Assembly (NCBI GenBank): GCA_035221665.1
Contig: CM069136.1
Coordinates: 47,926,001-47,990,000, forward strand
From: Okamejei kenojei
Taxonomy: Eukaryota
Reading direction: 5' to 3'
DNA length: 64,000 bases
A model generated the notes under the pieces. The model did not search any database, had not been told where the DNA came from, and saw nothing but the letters and a program-made list of their open reading frames with translations. Below are positions 22,946-35,967 of the stretch, piece by piece (position 1 is the stretch's first letter; the number at the start of each line of letters is the position of its first letter). Made by a program: the position numbers and the translations under genes.

Positions 22946-24472
22946 GATTATGGTGCGATTTCAGCCACCTGATCTGTGGCTGAAATCCTTTGATGGATTG
23001 AAGATGTGTGTTCATTAGGCCTTTACTGCAAACATTGCTGGGCTAGGTTTAGTATTTATGCAAAAGTTGAAAGGCATAAGGATAGAGTTATGACGAGGAA
23101 AGGATAGGGAACAAAAGAGCAGTGCCGTGTCCAATCCGTAAGCTCCAGCTCAAGTTGGATTGTATGTTGAGGGACGTGCGTGATAGGAGGATCAGCCATA
23201 AACACATTCATGTGCATCAGTGCCTCAGCCCCACTGCTACACTCAAACCATATTATGTTGCAGTTGATGCTGCATGGACTCCTGCAGTCTATTTGTGTTG
23301 CAATGTCCCACATCCATCAGTAAGATTAAGAATCAGAATTTGATTTACAGGTTCTAGTTGGGAAATTAATGGGCCAAGATTCCAGGAGTACGTTCCTGTA
23401 TTTTTCACACTGACAGATCAGACTCCAGGTTCTCACCTCAAAATAAAATAGGATTTCTGATATTTGGCATTTCTTCAATAGATTCTCATGTTATCACAGA
23501 TGAGGAAAGTAATTCAGAGTCTCTTAGTTTATGCTTACCCAAAGAGAGCAAATATTCTCAATAATAAAAGTGAATATGTTACATCCCCCTTAGAATCTTT
23601 CTTCCTTTTTGGAATGAAATGATCCTGCATCTTCCGGATTATGCCCAGAAATTCCTGCCATCATTGTTCCACCATCATTCCTGCTAGGATCCCTTTCCAG
23701 TCTACTTTGGCCAGCTCCTCTCATGCCTTCATAGTCCCTTTTGTTCAACTGCATCACTGACCAGGTTTCTCCTGGATCTGCTGTAAATGCAGCCTTATCT
23801 GTTTCTTCCTCCTAAATCACCTGTGGTATTCAGATCAGGTTAACATTGGTTAACCTCAACAATATGGAAATAGTCTGAATTTTGATGAAAAGGCAAATTG
23901 AAAAGATCATTTTGGACCTCGAGTCCTCGTGCATCACAGGGTGGCACACGTTTTGTTATTTATAAAATTGTCACCCAATTCAACAGCAATCTGCCATCCT
24001 TACTAACATAAAGTTATCCAAATATTGATTGTGTGTCATTAAAGCTAGCTAGTTTGATCTAAACAAGCAAAAATATTATGAAAATATTGAATTCTTTGAT
24101 AAATATAATCTCCATAAACATTAATTGCTGCGGGATTTTCCTGCTGGATTTGATATTAGAGTATGACTGTGAATCAGTGATGCAGTCAATTCTTGCAGCT
24201 GCCTAAAAGACTTACTTCCACCACAAAGATGTTTGTAATTGCCTTAAATCCTGACGAATGATTTAAAACGTGACCTATTATTTCTCCTTTCTTCTTGCGT
24301 ATGCATTCAGATGTGTGCACATTAAACCTGCAAATATTCAGAAGGAAAGTATAAATGCTGTGCATTAAAGCAGCACTTAATTTTGTCAAACTGAATGATT
24401 CAGTCAACAGGATCCTTTGGGTGAGGAATTCTGCACATATAATGACTGTTTATATTCTATCTGAAAGTATAA

Positions 24473-25078
24473 TGGGCCTGTCCCTCTTAGGCGATTTTTT
24501 TCGGGTGACTGTCAAGTCGAGTGGGACACAGACACAGAGACACCTTCCTTCCTTCACCAGCCCATAATGCAGGTGGAGGGTGCGATGTTTGTGTAAAATT
24601 CACACGGTGTAAAGCCAATGTGATACAGACACACATTGTGATGAACAGGAAGGGTGGCGCTGTGTTCGACGGTGAAAGCACAGTGTACGGGAAGGGTCAT
24701 GTAAGTCCTTTAAGAGAGGGGGGAGAAGGAGTGGAGACAACTTTTAAGAAGCCAGAAATACACGGCTGTGAAGCTTGGCAGACATTATGTTATCCTTGGT
24801 TCTGAAAACTACTGCTTACGTTTTTTTTTCCCAATGAGCCAATAAAATTCACTGGTCAGCACCGGCTACAACCTACGAGAACCTTCGACCTCCTGGCGAC
24901 CCGACTACAGCACGAGAATTCTCGCTACTCTCCATGGCGACCATGATGAAGCCGCGACTAGTTCCCAGAATGCGGGGAGTCTTCACGACCATGAAGGCGA
25001 CTCCCCGGCAACATGTGGCGACCACGTTGCCACCGCATAGTCTCCTGCAGTCGCCTAAAATGTCACCTAAGTGGCCCA
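24473..25078. mobile_element. PIF/Harbinger-type MITE
   Basis: Left TGGGCCTGTCCCTCTTAGGCGA; right TCACCTAAGTGGCCCA (partly deleted). TAA on both flanks (24470-24472, 25079-25081). Confidence 0.7.
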
Positions 25079-25534
25079 TAACACATAGAATTTGGGAAGG
25101 ATAAGGAAATTCAATCACTCTATAGCAGATGTTCTGGAACAGCAGAAGAGGCAGCTTTTTATTGTGTGGCTTGTGTAGTGTTAGGTGGCTTTTATTTTGC
25201 AGTAAAATAAAAGTAACATTGTAATGCAAGATCTGATCTTCCTGCAGAACCCTGAGCTGCAGGATCGCTCAGGTTTTCTGTCTAGCATTTTGAAAGTGGA
25301 ATAAAAAGATAATGCAACGCTGAGCCATATTTAAAAGTTAAACTCAGATCTATTTTTTTAAACTATTAAATCAAATGCTCTTACTCGTGGTCCAAAACAT
25401 TTCACGTTTTGGCAGCTCAGAATAAGGTTTTCAGTTTTGTACTTTGCTACTGGAACTGTTAATTGTTTCTGTGACCTTTAGAGCCTGAGATACTGAATTT
25501 ACAATCTCTTGTTCGAAAACTTCGATGCTATGAG

Positions 25535-26407
25535 AATGCAGGTTGACTTGGACAGGTTGGGGGAGTGGGCGGAAGCATAGCAGATGACGTTTAATGTTGA
25601 GAAATGTGAGGTTATCCATTTTGGTAGCAAAAACAGGAAGGCAGATTACTATCTAAATGGCATCAAGTTGTGAAAAGGGGAAGTACAACGAGATCTGGGG
25701 GTCCTTGTTCATCAGTCTATGAAAGTAAGCATGCAGGTACAGCAGGCAGTGAAGAAAGCGAATGGCATGTTGGCCTTTATAACAAGAGGAGTCGAGTATA
25801 GGAGCAAATAGGACGTTCTGCAGTTGTACAGAGCCCTAGTGAGACCACATCTGGAGTATTGTGTGCAAGTTTTGTCCCCTAATTTGAGGAATGACATTCT
25901 TGCCATTGAGGGAGTGCAGCATAAGTTTACAAGGTTAATTCACGGGATGGCTGGACTGTCATATGCTGAGAGAATGAAGCAGCTGGGCTTGTACACTCTG
26001 GAGTTTAGAAAGATGAGAGGGGACCTTGTTGAAACATATTAGATTGTTAAGGGTTTGGACACGCTGGAGGCAGGAAACATGTTCCCGATGTTGGGGGAGT
26101 CCAGAACCAGGGGCCACAGTTTAAGAATAAGGGGTAAGCCATTTAGACGGAGACAGGGAAACACTTTTTCTCACAGAGAGTTGTGAGTGTGTGAATTCTC
26201 TGCCTTAGAGGGCGGTGGAGGCAGGTCACTGGATGCTTGCAAGAGAGAGCTGGATAGGGCTCTTAACGATTGTGGAGTCAGGGGATATGGGGAAAAGGTA
26301 GGAACGGGGTACTGATTGGGGATGATCAGCCACGATCATATTGAATGGCGTTGCTGGCTCGAAGGGCTGAATGGCCTACTCCTGCACCTATTGTCTATTG
26401 TCTATTG
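25535..26407 (+). mobile_element. 5'-truncated CR1 LINE
   Basis: YRALVRPHLEYCVQ peptide and a (CTATTGT)n tail. Same subfamily as 1-667. Confidence 0.9.
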
Positions 26408-27344
26408 GTGACAGTAGCAATATACAAAATCCTCAGTATTCATAAAGAAATCAGGTCAAGTTACTCTGCTGCACCAATTGAATAAATGTATTGGTATTTG
26501 GAAAAACTAAGGAATATAAATAGATCCAGCCTCATAATTACATTGACATTAATTTATCTGCTATTTCACTATAATTACATGATAAGCGATAGTCATAGTA
26601 CAACTGTCTTCATATATGTGGAATGCGAACTCACTATTGATGTATTTTGCCATAGCATAATGTTGAAGCCATAATTCAAATGATTATCTTGATATATCTT
26701 TTGGGTTTTGTTTTTTGCTCATTAATTATACTATTATTAAGTTAGCCAAACCCAGGCTATGTTAATAAATTGTAAAATGTGACGCTGCTGTAATTTTCAT
26801 AATACTGTCCTTATAACAAAAATGATGACGTTGCAATAAATAATCTAACATGAAACTGCCATGGTTTTTACAATTATCCAGATCCCTTCCTCTCAGTATA
26901 TGGTAGCACTACTTGCAGCGTCAATACCATTTGCAAGTGAGGCAATGGGAGAATGGAGCAAAAATGGCATATTGCATCAGACCTGCCTGTTGGATGAAAA
27001 ATGGAGGGATCAGATGTAATCTGGATTCACAGAATACTGATCTTTACCCTCTATTGAAAGTGTAGAAATAATACACTGGTGGCGTCTCTCACTAACTCCT
27101 TAATTAACATTGGTGCTTCCCAAATCTTTTGATTTAATTGTAAGAGCTGTCTTATTTCCTGTATTTAATAGTAATGTGGAACGAAACCTTGCTCCACTAG
27201 ATGTATATTATGAGACATGGTAATTCCAATGTCAGTTCAACATCTCCCAACTCTTTGTCGTTGACGACCAGTTTCTATTACATTCCTGCCCACTAATCCT
27301 TTCCAATATCCTGTCACAATGTGCAATTCAAATTATTTTTGGAG

Positions 27345-27550
27345 CAAAATTAGGCCATTTGGCTAAGTAAGTCTGCTCCACCATTTGACCATGGCTGCTC
27401 TATCCCTCCCTCCTAACCCCATCATCCCACCTTCTCTCCATAACTTCTGACACCGTACTAATTAAGAATCTAGCTATCTCTGCCTTAAAAATATCCACTG
27501 ACTGCCTTCACAGCCTCTGTGGCAAAGAATTCCACAGATTCTCCACCTGA
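27345..27550 (-). mobile_element. CR1 3' end
   Basis: Reverse complement of the CR1 3' UTR (GGCCATTTGGC...CCATGGCTG...GAATTCCACAGATTC). Confidence 0.7.
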
Positions 27551-28121
27551 GTAAAAAGGGTATTAAGGGATTACAGTTATTAACGTATGAGTTAAATTTG
27601 GATTGATCAGAGAAAGAATATGAGTTGATTAGAAACATTGACGTTGTAAAAGGTGTTTTTTTTTTCGGACAGGACCATGGAAGGAAACTGTGTGGGCGTG
27701 AAAAACCATGGAAAAGAAATGACCATGGGTACAATTTCTATTGGATTGCAACCAGCTTTCTACAGGAGACAATGCAAGAAGTTGAAAGGTTTTTGGTTAC
27801 TATAAATTACAAGTTCTGAAGTTGGGGCACTAATTGGGATTGGGGTTAGTTGGGACAGTATCAGTATTTGAATAACTGGCGAGGAAATTAATCATATCTT
27901 TGTCATCATCTCTCAGGAACAATTCTTAAGGATTTAAATTGCCGATCTATATTTAGTGGCATCGAACTAAATTAGGAAAGTACAGCCATTAATTAACTAC
28001 GCTGCAATTTTAAGTGTCTACTTTCTGAGAAGATAATATTCTCGTAGAACTGACTGAGAAGCAATGGAGGCAAAAATATTAATTCAGATATGACATTTCT
28101 ACAAAGCTGCCCCATTCTCTA

Positions 28122-28305
28122 CTACGTGGAGGGAATGGACAGGCGAAGTTTTGGATCGTTCCCTTCTTCGGACTCATCAGTCCGAGGAGGGGTCCCGACC
28201 CGAAACATCGCTTGTCCATTCCCTCCACATATGCTGCCTGACCCACTGAGTTAATCCAGCATTTCGTGTTTTGTTCAGGATTCAAGCATCTCCAGTTCCT
28301 CGTGC
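28122..28305 (+). mobile_element. Degenerate Penelope hairpin about 440 bp upstream of the RAB38 ATG
   Basis: AGTCCGAGGAGGGGTCCCGACCCGAAACATCGC (mutated hammerhead) with partial inverted arms. Confidence 0.7.
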
Positions 28306-28379
28306 CTCCCATCTCTGTTACACTCACTCTTATGTCTCCACCTCATTATTCTACTCACTGTGGTCGAGTTTAAAGTCTG

Positions 28380-28740
28380 ACTGAATAAGTCTCACGCATT
28401 GGGCCGTAGGTGAAAGAAAGTAAACTTTTGTTGGGTGAAAGAAAGTAAACTTGAAAGGTCAACGTGATTGAGGGAAAACTACTGAACTACAATCAAAGTA
28501 TCCCCAGCCACCAGAGAGTTGACCTACCACCACATTCTCAGCATAGCAGCACGTCGGGATGATGAGGCCAGGACGGTCCGTGGCGTGAGAATGACTTGTG
28601 GGGTTGTGCTTATATTCACGCTAGCAGAGCAAATCCCGCTGTAAGCCTGGGCGAGGGTCCCTGTGATTTACAGTCGCGGCTGCTGGTTTCACTTGAAGAG
28701 CTGTGCACGGCGGGTTTTGTATGACCCTGCAGTTTCGAAA
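28380..28740 (+). promoter_or_regulatory. Probable RAB38 proximal promoter / 5' UTR
   Basis: Non-repetitive, CpG-enriched stretch directly upstream of the ATG. It contains a 19-bp direct repeat GGTGAAAGAAAGTAAACTT (28409-28427, 28434-28452). The TSS cannot be determined from sequence. Confidence 0.45.
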
Positions 28741-28942
28741 ATGCAGAGAAGTCAGACTGAGCATCTCTATAAAATTTTAGTCGTCGGCGACCTGGGAGTA
28801 GGAAAGACCAGTATCATAAAACGTTACGTACATCAAAACTTTTCCCAACATTATCGAGCTACCATAGGCGTGGATTTCGCTCTCAAAGTTATCCACTGGG
28901 ATTCGGACACTGTGGTTCGGCTGCAGTTATGGGATATCGCCG
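28741..28942 (+). CDS. RAB38: Ras-related protein Rab-38, coding exon 1
   Basis: MQRSQTEHLYKILVVGDLGVGKTSIIKRYVHQNFSQHYRATIGVDFALKV...LQLWDIAG. Contains the P-loop and the WDIAG motif of the Rab32/38/29 group. 202 bp, donor GTAAG, downstream of CTSC as in human. Confidence 0.95.
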
Positions 28943-29644
28943 GTAAGATTTGTTTCTATACACACAATTTTTAAAGTTAAAAGTAGTAAAAGTAAAAATT
29001 AAGCAAAATGTTGCACAATGCAAAATGCAATATGGCATCTATTAAGAATTTTATTACGCTTATATAAATTAGAATGGTGCTTTTATGCAGTTTTATTTTG
29101 TTTTATCGACAGCGATTTATGCCATACTGTTGCTTTATAAACTACCAGTCGTTACAATTCGGACATTTAGTATTTTGTTACAAGTCATTTTATGTCTTTG
29201 TTCGGAAATGAACTCGCTGTCGTGTTCATCGCTCTGCGTTAGAGAAAAGTACAGTAGATGCACGTTCCCACCGGATAGTTCATGTTGAAAATAATAAAAG
29301 ATGTTCAGGAATAATAATTTCATTGTGAATTTATGATTCGGCGAACGAGCCACTGTGAACGCATCTAGTGAAACTAAAGGCATGTGATCTTTCTGTTGGT
29401 CGAAGTTTGGGAATTATGCCAAATTTAAATTCCAACGTCTCTGAAAGGTCCTGTGACTATGCGACTTGAATTTCTCAAATTATCTTTGGTGACATGTTCT
29501 ATCGTGTCATGCATATACTTTTATTATTGCTGTTAGTTATCAAACATGAAAGGGAGTAGTTACCCCGCTCAGGAATGTTATATATGAATCATGTGTCTCT
29601 CCATCGTACGATCTGTTTCTCGAATCCGGCTTTCATAATTAATG

Positions 29645-29890
29645 TTTAGTTGATTAGTTTGGAGATACAGCATGGAGACAGGCCCTTCGGCCCACCGAGT
29701 ACACCGACAACATAGAAACCCGTTCACACGAGTTATTATGTTGTCCCACTTTCTCAACCACACCCAAGACACAAGAGGCAAATTAACCTACAACCCCGCA
29801 CGTCTTTGGGTTGTTGGAGGAAACCGGTGCACCCGGAGAAACCCACGCAGTCAGAGGGAGAACGTTCAAACACCACACGGACAGCACCCA
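29645..29890 (-). mobile_element. HE1/V-SINE-like SINE, truncated
   Basis: GGAGACAGGCCCTTCGGCCC...GGAAACCGGTGCACCCGGAGAAACCCAC. Confidence 0.75.
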
Positions 29891-32800
29891 ATAATTTGTT
29901 TCCATTTTAGCTACGTGCACATCACAAAAAGGAATAAAAAAATAACTGTATTCAGTTTGCTTAATTGCCCTTAATGCCATAGGTTTCTATCTAATGAACA
30001 AGGTTTTTGAGGAAGCCGCTGATTGGTGGGAAGTGGACTAGGGTAAGCAGCTGATTGGTGGGAAGTGGACTAGGGTAAGCAGCTGATTGGCAGTCAGATT
30101 CCAGCAGTTTGTTGTGTACTTTGTATTGTGTTGATATTGTATCCTGTGTAAGGGGGGAGTATGAAGGTCAGGGCAGTGTACTGTTGTGGATGTCAGATGT
30201 GGGAGGTCAGGGAATCTGATAGCCCTCCAGACGTCCACATCTGCGCCAGGTGTGTCGAGATGGGGCTCCTAAAGGACTGTGTTAGGAATCTGGAGCAGCA
30301 GCTCGATGACCTCCGTCTGATCAGGGAGAGTGAGGAGGTCATAGAGAGGAGCTACAGGGAGGTAGTCACTCCCAGACCTCAGGAGGCAGACAAGTGGGTC
30401 ACGGTTAGGAAGGGCAAGGGGCAGAGGCAGGGGCTAGAGAGTACCCCTGTGACCGTACACCTGGAAAATAGGTACTCGGGTTTGAGTACGATTGGAGGGG
30501 ACAGCCTACCTGGGGGCAGCAACAGCGGTCGGGTCTCCGGCACAGAGACCGGCCCTGATGCTCAGAAGGGTAGCAAAAAGAGGAGGGCAATTGTAATAGG
30601 GGACTCTATAGTTAGGGGGTCGGATGGGCGATTCTGTGGACGCAGCGGGGAGACCCGGATGGTCGTTTGCCTCCCTGGTGCCAGGGTCTCGCATGTGTTG
30701 GAATGTGTCCAAAAGATTCTGAAAAAGGAGGGCGTGGAGCCTGATGTTGTGGTACACATAGGTACCAATGACATAGGCAGAAAAAGAGACGAGGTCCTGA
30801 AGGGAGAATTTAGGGAGTTGGGGGGGAAAGTTAAGGAGAAGGACCAAAAGGGTAACAATTTCAGGATTACTGCCTGTGCCGCGTGACAGTGAGAGTAGGA
30901 ATGGAATGAGGTGGAGGATAAATGCGTGGCTGAGGGACTGGTGCAGTGGGCATGGATTCAAGTTTATTGATCACTGGGACCTCTTTTGGGGAGGGCATGA
31001 TCTGTACAAAAAGGACGGGTTGCACTTGAACCCAAGGGGGACCAATATCCTGGCAGGGAGATTTGCAAAGGCTACTGGGGAGACTTTAAACTAGAAAGGC
31101 TGGGGGGAGGGACTCGGGTAGAGGGGGTTAGGGGACAGTGTGTGGGGCAACAGGCAGAGAAGGGAAGCACTCGGACCCAAAATGTAGGCGAGCAAGAGGA
31201 AAAAGATAATAGACAGAGAATAAGGGATGGTGGGTTTCTAAAATGTGTATATTTTTATGCTAGGAGCATTGTAAGAAACGTGGAGGAACTTAGAGCCTGG
31301 ATTGACACCTGGAAATATGATGTTGTGGCAATCAGTGAAACATGGTTGCAGGAGGGCTGTGATTGGAAACTAAATATTCCAGGATTTCGTTGCTTCAGGT
31401 GTGATAGAATTGGAGGGACCAGAGGTGGAGGTGTTGCATTGCTTGTCAGAGAAGATATTACAGCAGTGCTTTGGCAGGATAGATTAGAGGGCTCGTCTAG
31501 GGAGGCTATTTGGGTGGAACTGAGAAATGGGAATGGTGTAGCAACACTTTTAGGGGTGTATTATAGACCGCCAAATGGGGAGCGAGAATTGGAAGAGCAA
31601 ATATGCAAGAAGATAGCAGATATTAGTATTAAGCACAAGGTAGTGATTGTGGGAGATTTCAATTTTCCAAAAATAGACTGGGAAACACATTCTGTAAATG
31701 GGCTGGATGGTTTGGAGTTTGTAAAATGTGTGAAGGATAATTTTTTGCAGCAGTACATATAGGTATCGACCAGAGAAGGGGCAGTGCTGGACCTCCTGTT
31801 AGGAAATGAGGCAGGTCAGGTGACGGAGGTATGCGTTGGTGAGCACTTCAGGACCAGTGATCACAATACCATTAGTTTCAATATAATTATGGAGAGAGTC
31901 AGAACTGGACCTAGGGTGGAGATTTTTGATTGGAGAAAGGCTAACTTTGAAGGAATGCGTAAGGATTTAAAAGGAGTGAATTGGGACACTTTGTTTTATG
32001 GGAAGGATGTAGAAGAGAAATTGAGGACATTTAAAGGGGAAATTGTAAGAGTACAGAATCTTTATGTCCCTGTTAGGTTGAAAGGAAATAATAAAAATTG
32101 GAAAGAGCCATGGTTTTCAAGGGAAATTGGACACTTGTTTTGAAAAAAGACAGATATCTACAATAATTATAGGAGGCATGGAGTAAATGAGGTGGTAGAG
32201 GAGTATAAAGAATTTAAAAGGAATCTTAAGAAAGAAATTAGGAAGGCTAAAAGAAGATATGAGGTTGCTTTGACAAGAAAGGTGAAAGTAAATCCAAAGG
32301 GTTTCTGCAGCTATATTAATAGCAAAAGGATAACAAGGAATAAAATTGGACCATTAAAGAGCCAGAATGGACAGCTATCTGCAGAGCCAAAAGAGATGGG
32401 GGAGATATTCAACAATTTATTTTCTTCGGTATTCACCAAGGAGAAGGATATTGAACTCTGTGAGGTAAAGGAAAAAAAGTAGAGTAGCTATGGAAACTAT
32501 GAGATTCAAAGAGGAGGAAGTACTGACACTTTTGAAAAATATAAAAGTGGATAAGTCTCCAGGTCCTGACAGGATATTCCCTAGGACATTGAGGGAAGTT
32601 AGTGTTGAAATAGCAGGAGCTATGACAGAAATATTTCAAATGTCATTAGAAACGGGAATAGTGCCGGAGGATTGGCGTACTGCGCATGTTGTTCCATTGT
32701 TTAAAAAGGGTTCAAAGAATAAACCTAGCAATTATAGACCTGTTAGTTTGACGTCAGTGGTGGGCAAATTAATGGAAAGGATACAGAGATTATATATATA

Positions 32801-33979
32801 AGCATCTGGATAAACAGGGTCTGATCAGGAACAGTCAACATGGATTTGTGCCTGGAAGTCATGTTTGACAAACCTTCTTGAATTTTGTGAAGCGGTTACT
32901 AGGGAAATTGATGAGGGTAAAGCAGTGGATGTTGTCTATATGGATTTCAGTAAGGCCTTTGACAAGGTTCCCCATGGAAGGTTGGTTAAGAATGTTCAAT
33001 CTTTGGGTGTTAATGGCAGAGTAGCAAGATGGTTTCAACAGTGGCTGAATGGGAGATGTCAGAGAGTAATGGTGGATGGCTGTTTGTCAGGTTGGAAGCC
33101 GGTGACCAGTGGGGTACCTCAGGGATCTGTGTTGGGTCCACTGTTGTTTGTCATGTACATCAATGATCTGGATGATGGGGTGGAAAATTGGATAAGTAAG
33201 TATGCAGATGATACTAAGATAGGTGGTGTTGTGGATAATGAAGTAGATTTTCAAAGTCTACAGAGAGATTTGGGCCATTTGGAAAAGTGGGCTGAAAGAT
33301 GGCAGATGGAGTTTAATGCTGTTAAGTGTGAAGTGCTACATCTTGGCAGGACAAATCAAAATAGGACGTACATGGTAAATGGTAGGGAATTGAGGAATGC
33401 TGTGGAACAGAGAGATCTAGGAATAACTGTGCATAGTTCCCTGAAGGTGGAATCGCATGTAGATAGGGTGGTAAAGAAAGCTTTTGGTGTGCTGGCCTTT
33501 ATAAATCAGAGCATTGAATATAGGAGTAGGGAAGTAATGTTAAAATTGTACAAGGCATTGGTAAGACCAATTCTGGAGTATGGTGTACAATTTTGGGCGC
33601 CTAATTATAGGAAGGATGTCAACAAAATAGAGAGAGTACAGAGGAGATTTACTAGAATGTTGCCTGGGTTCCAGCAACTATGTTACAGAGAAAGGTTGAA
33701 CAAGTTAGGTCTTTAGTCTTTGGAGCGCGGAAGGTTAAGGGGGGACTTGATTGAGGTCTTTAAAATGATGAAAGGGATAGACAGAGTTGACGTGGATAAG
33801 CTTTTCCCATTGAGGGTAGGAAAGATTCAAACAAGAGGCATGACACGAGAATTAAGGGACAGAAGTTTAGGGGTAACGTGAGGGGGAACTTCTTTACTCA
33901 GAGGGTGGTGGCTGTGTGGAATGAGCTTCCAGCAGAAGTGGTGGAGCCAGGATCGATTTTAACATTTAAAAGTAAAGTG

Positions 33980-35967
33980 AATAAATTAAATAAGAACATT
34001 TTATTTTGGAAAACTCTATCCATCTCAATGCTAGGTAAAATTAATATAATAAAAATGATTTTTCTTCCACAATCTTTTCCAATTGATTCCGATATATCTT
34101 CCTAAAAATTTCTTTAGGAAGGTGGACTCTTTAGTTACCAACTTTATCTGGGATTATAAGAGCCATAGAATAAATAAAAAACATTTATGTAAATCAAAAC
34201 TATATTGGTCTCGCACTACCAAACTTTATGTTTTATTACTGGGCAGTTAATATTAAAAATATGAATTTTTGGTTAGTAGAGACAGATAAACAACCACTTT
34301 GGTTAAAAATGGAAAAAGAAGATTGTTCGCCTTTTGAAATTAGTTCGATAATATTTGCTAATATTAATCTAGGTAAGAAAACCTATAGCGAAAACCCTAT
34401 AATAGAAAGTGGAATACGTATCTGGAAACAAATAAAGAAAACATTAAAATTGGAATGTATACCACTAGCCCTTACCATTGTAAATAATGTTACATTTAAA
34501 CCCTCAATGATGGATAAAGGGTTTTTACAATGGAAAAATAAGGGAATTTATAAGACGGGAGATCTCTACAGGGAAAATTCTTTCCTTTCATTTCAAGAAT
34601 TACAACAAATTTATGGATTACATTCAAAAGATTATTTTAGATACCTACAAATTATTGACTATGTAAAAGCCAACACACAGGAAATTAGAAATAGAAAGAC
34701 AGAAATTTTAGATGAATGTCTAAATAAACATCCGAACACAGAACAATTGATATCATATATTTATAATATTCTATTGGAAAATGATGTCCCATTGATAGAA
34801 ATATATAGATAAACATGGGAAAACGAATTAGGTCAAATTATTAGACCAGAAGTATGGGATGAAAGTTTACAACATATACACCACTGTTCGTTAAATGCTA
34901 GACACTCTCTTATACAATTTAAAATATTACATAGACTACATTACACAAAATCCAAACTACAAAGAGGGCATGACATGAGAATTAAGGGACAGAGGTTTCG
35001 GGGTAACGTGAGGGGGAACTTCTTTACTCAGAGGGTGGTGGCTGTGTGGAATCAGCTTCCAGCAGAAGTGGTGGAGGCAGGATCGATTTTAACATTTAAG
35101 AGTAAAGTGGATAGGTATATGGACGTGAAGGGAATGGAGGGGTATGGTCTGAGTGCAGGTAGATGGGACTAGGGGAAAACAAATGGTCGGCACGGACTGG
35201 AAGGGCCGAGAGGGCCTGTTTCCGTGCTGTAATTGTTATATGGTTATATGGTTATATGGTTACATAACATTTTTTCAAATGTCTCTGCCAAATGTGATAA
35301 ATGTCAGCACTTAGAAACTAACTTGACACACTCATTTACAAATTGTGTAAAAATTACAAAATTTTGGATAGAAATATTTAGGATAATTTCGAATGTTGTT
35401 AATATGAATCTGACTCCTGACTCAAAGTTAATAATACTGGGAATACTGGAAACAGATCAATTAATAACAATGAATCAAAGAATTTTTATTGATTATAGTT
35501 TAATAATTGGGAAAAAAACTAATATTAAAATTCTGGAAAGGTCCTACATCCCCCACAATCAAAATGTGGATTACAGGAATGTCGGAGACACTCCATCTGG
35601 AAAGATTGAGGCTTGTCCTAATGGACAGGTTGGATCTTTTCAGAGGAATATGGTCTCCATACATTGAATATCTAAAGGGTCAAAATGGCTCGGTGCGAGA
35701 GCCTGACTGAAACCTGAATAATGGAATAGATGAAGAAATACGTAGAACAAATCATGGATATATCTCCAACGACAGATAACTTTTTAATACTCCATTCACT
35801 TCTTTATTTTTGATTTCTTATCTCTATATTATTTTTCTCTATCTTTTCTTATAAAAAAAAAGTATAGAAATATAAATGTCTTAAATGTTAATATTAATAA
35901 TATTATGAATGTATGTAAGAAGTATTTTCTATTAATATGTATTTACAATTAATAAAAATATTAATCT
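33980..35967 (+). mobile_element. 5'-truncated L1-clade LINE inserted in the CR1
   Basis: Peptides SMLGKINIIKM, FYYWA, QFKILHRLH, CDKC...NLTH (L1 ORF2 C-terminus). A-rich end. TSD AAAAGTAAAGTG (33968-33979, 35968-35979) at a TTT/AAAA site. Confidence 0.85.
34961..35261 (+). mobile_element. CR1 3' end nested in the L1
   Basis: Near-identical to 33833-33979 plus 35980-36114, with a (GTTATATG)3 tail. Confidence 0.88.

Noticed and set aside
28663-28740. In-frame N-terminal extension of RAB38
   Set aside because: It starts at GTG with no supporting homology. The ATG at 28741 gives the expected 202-bp exon.
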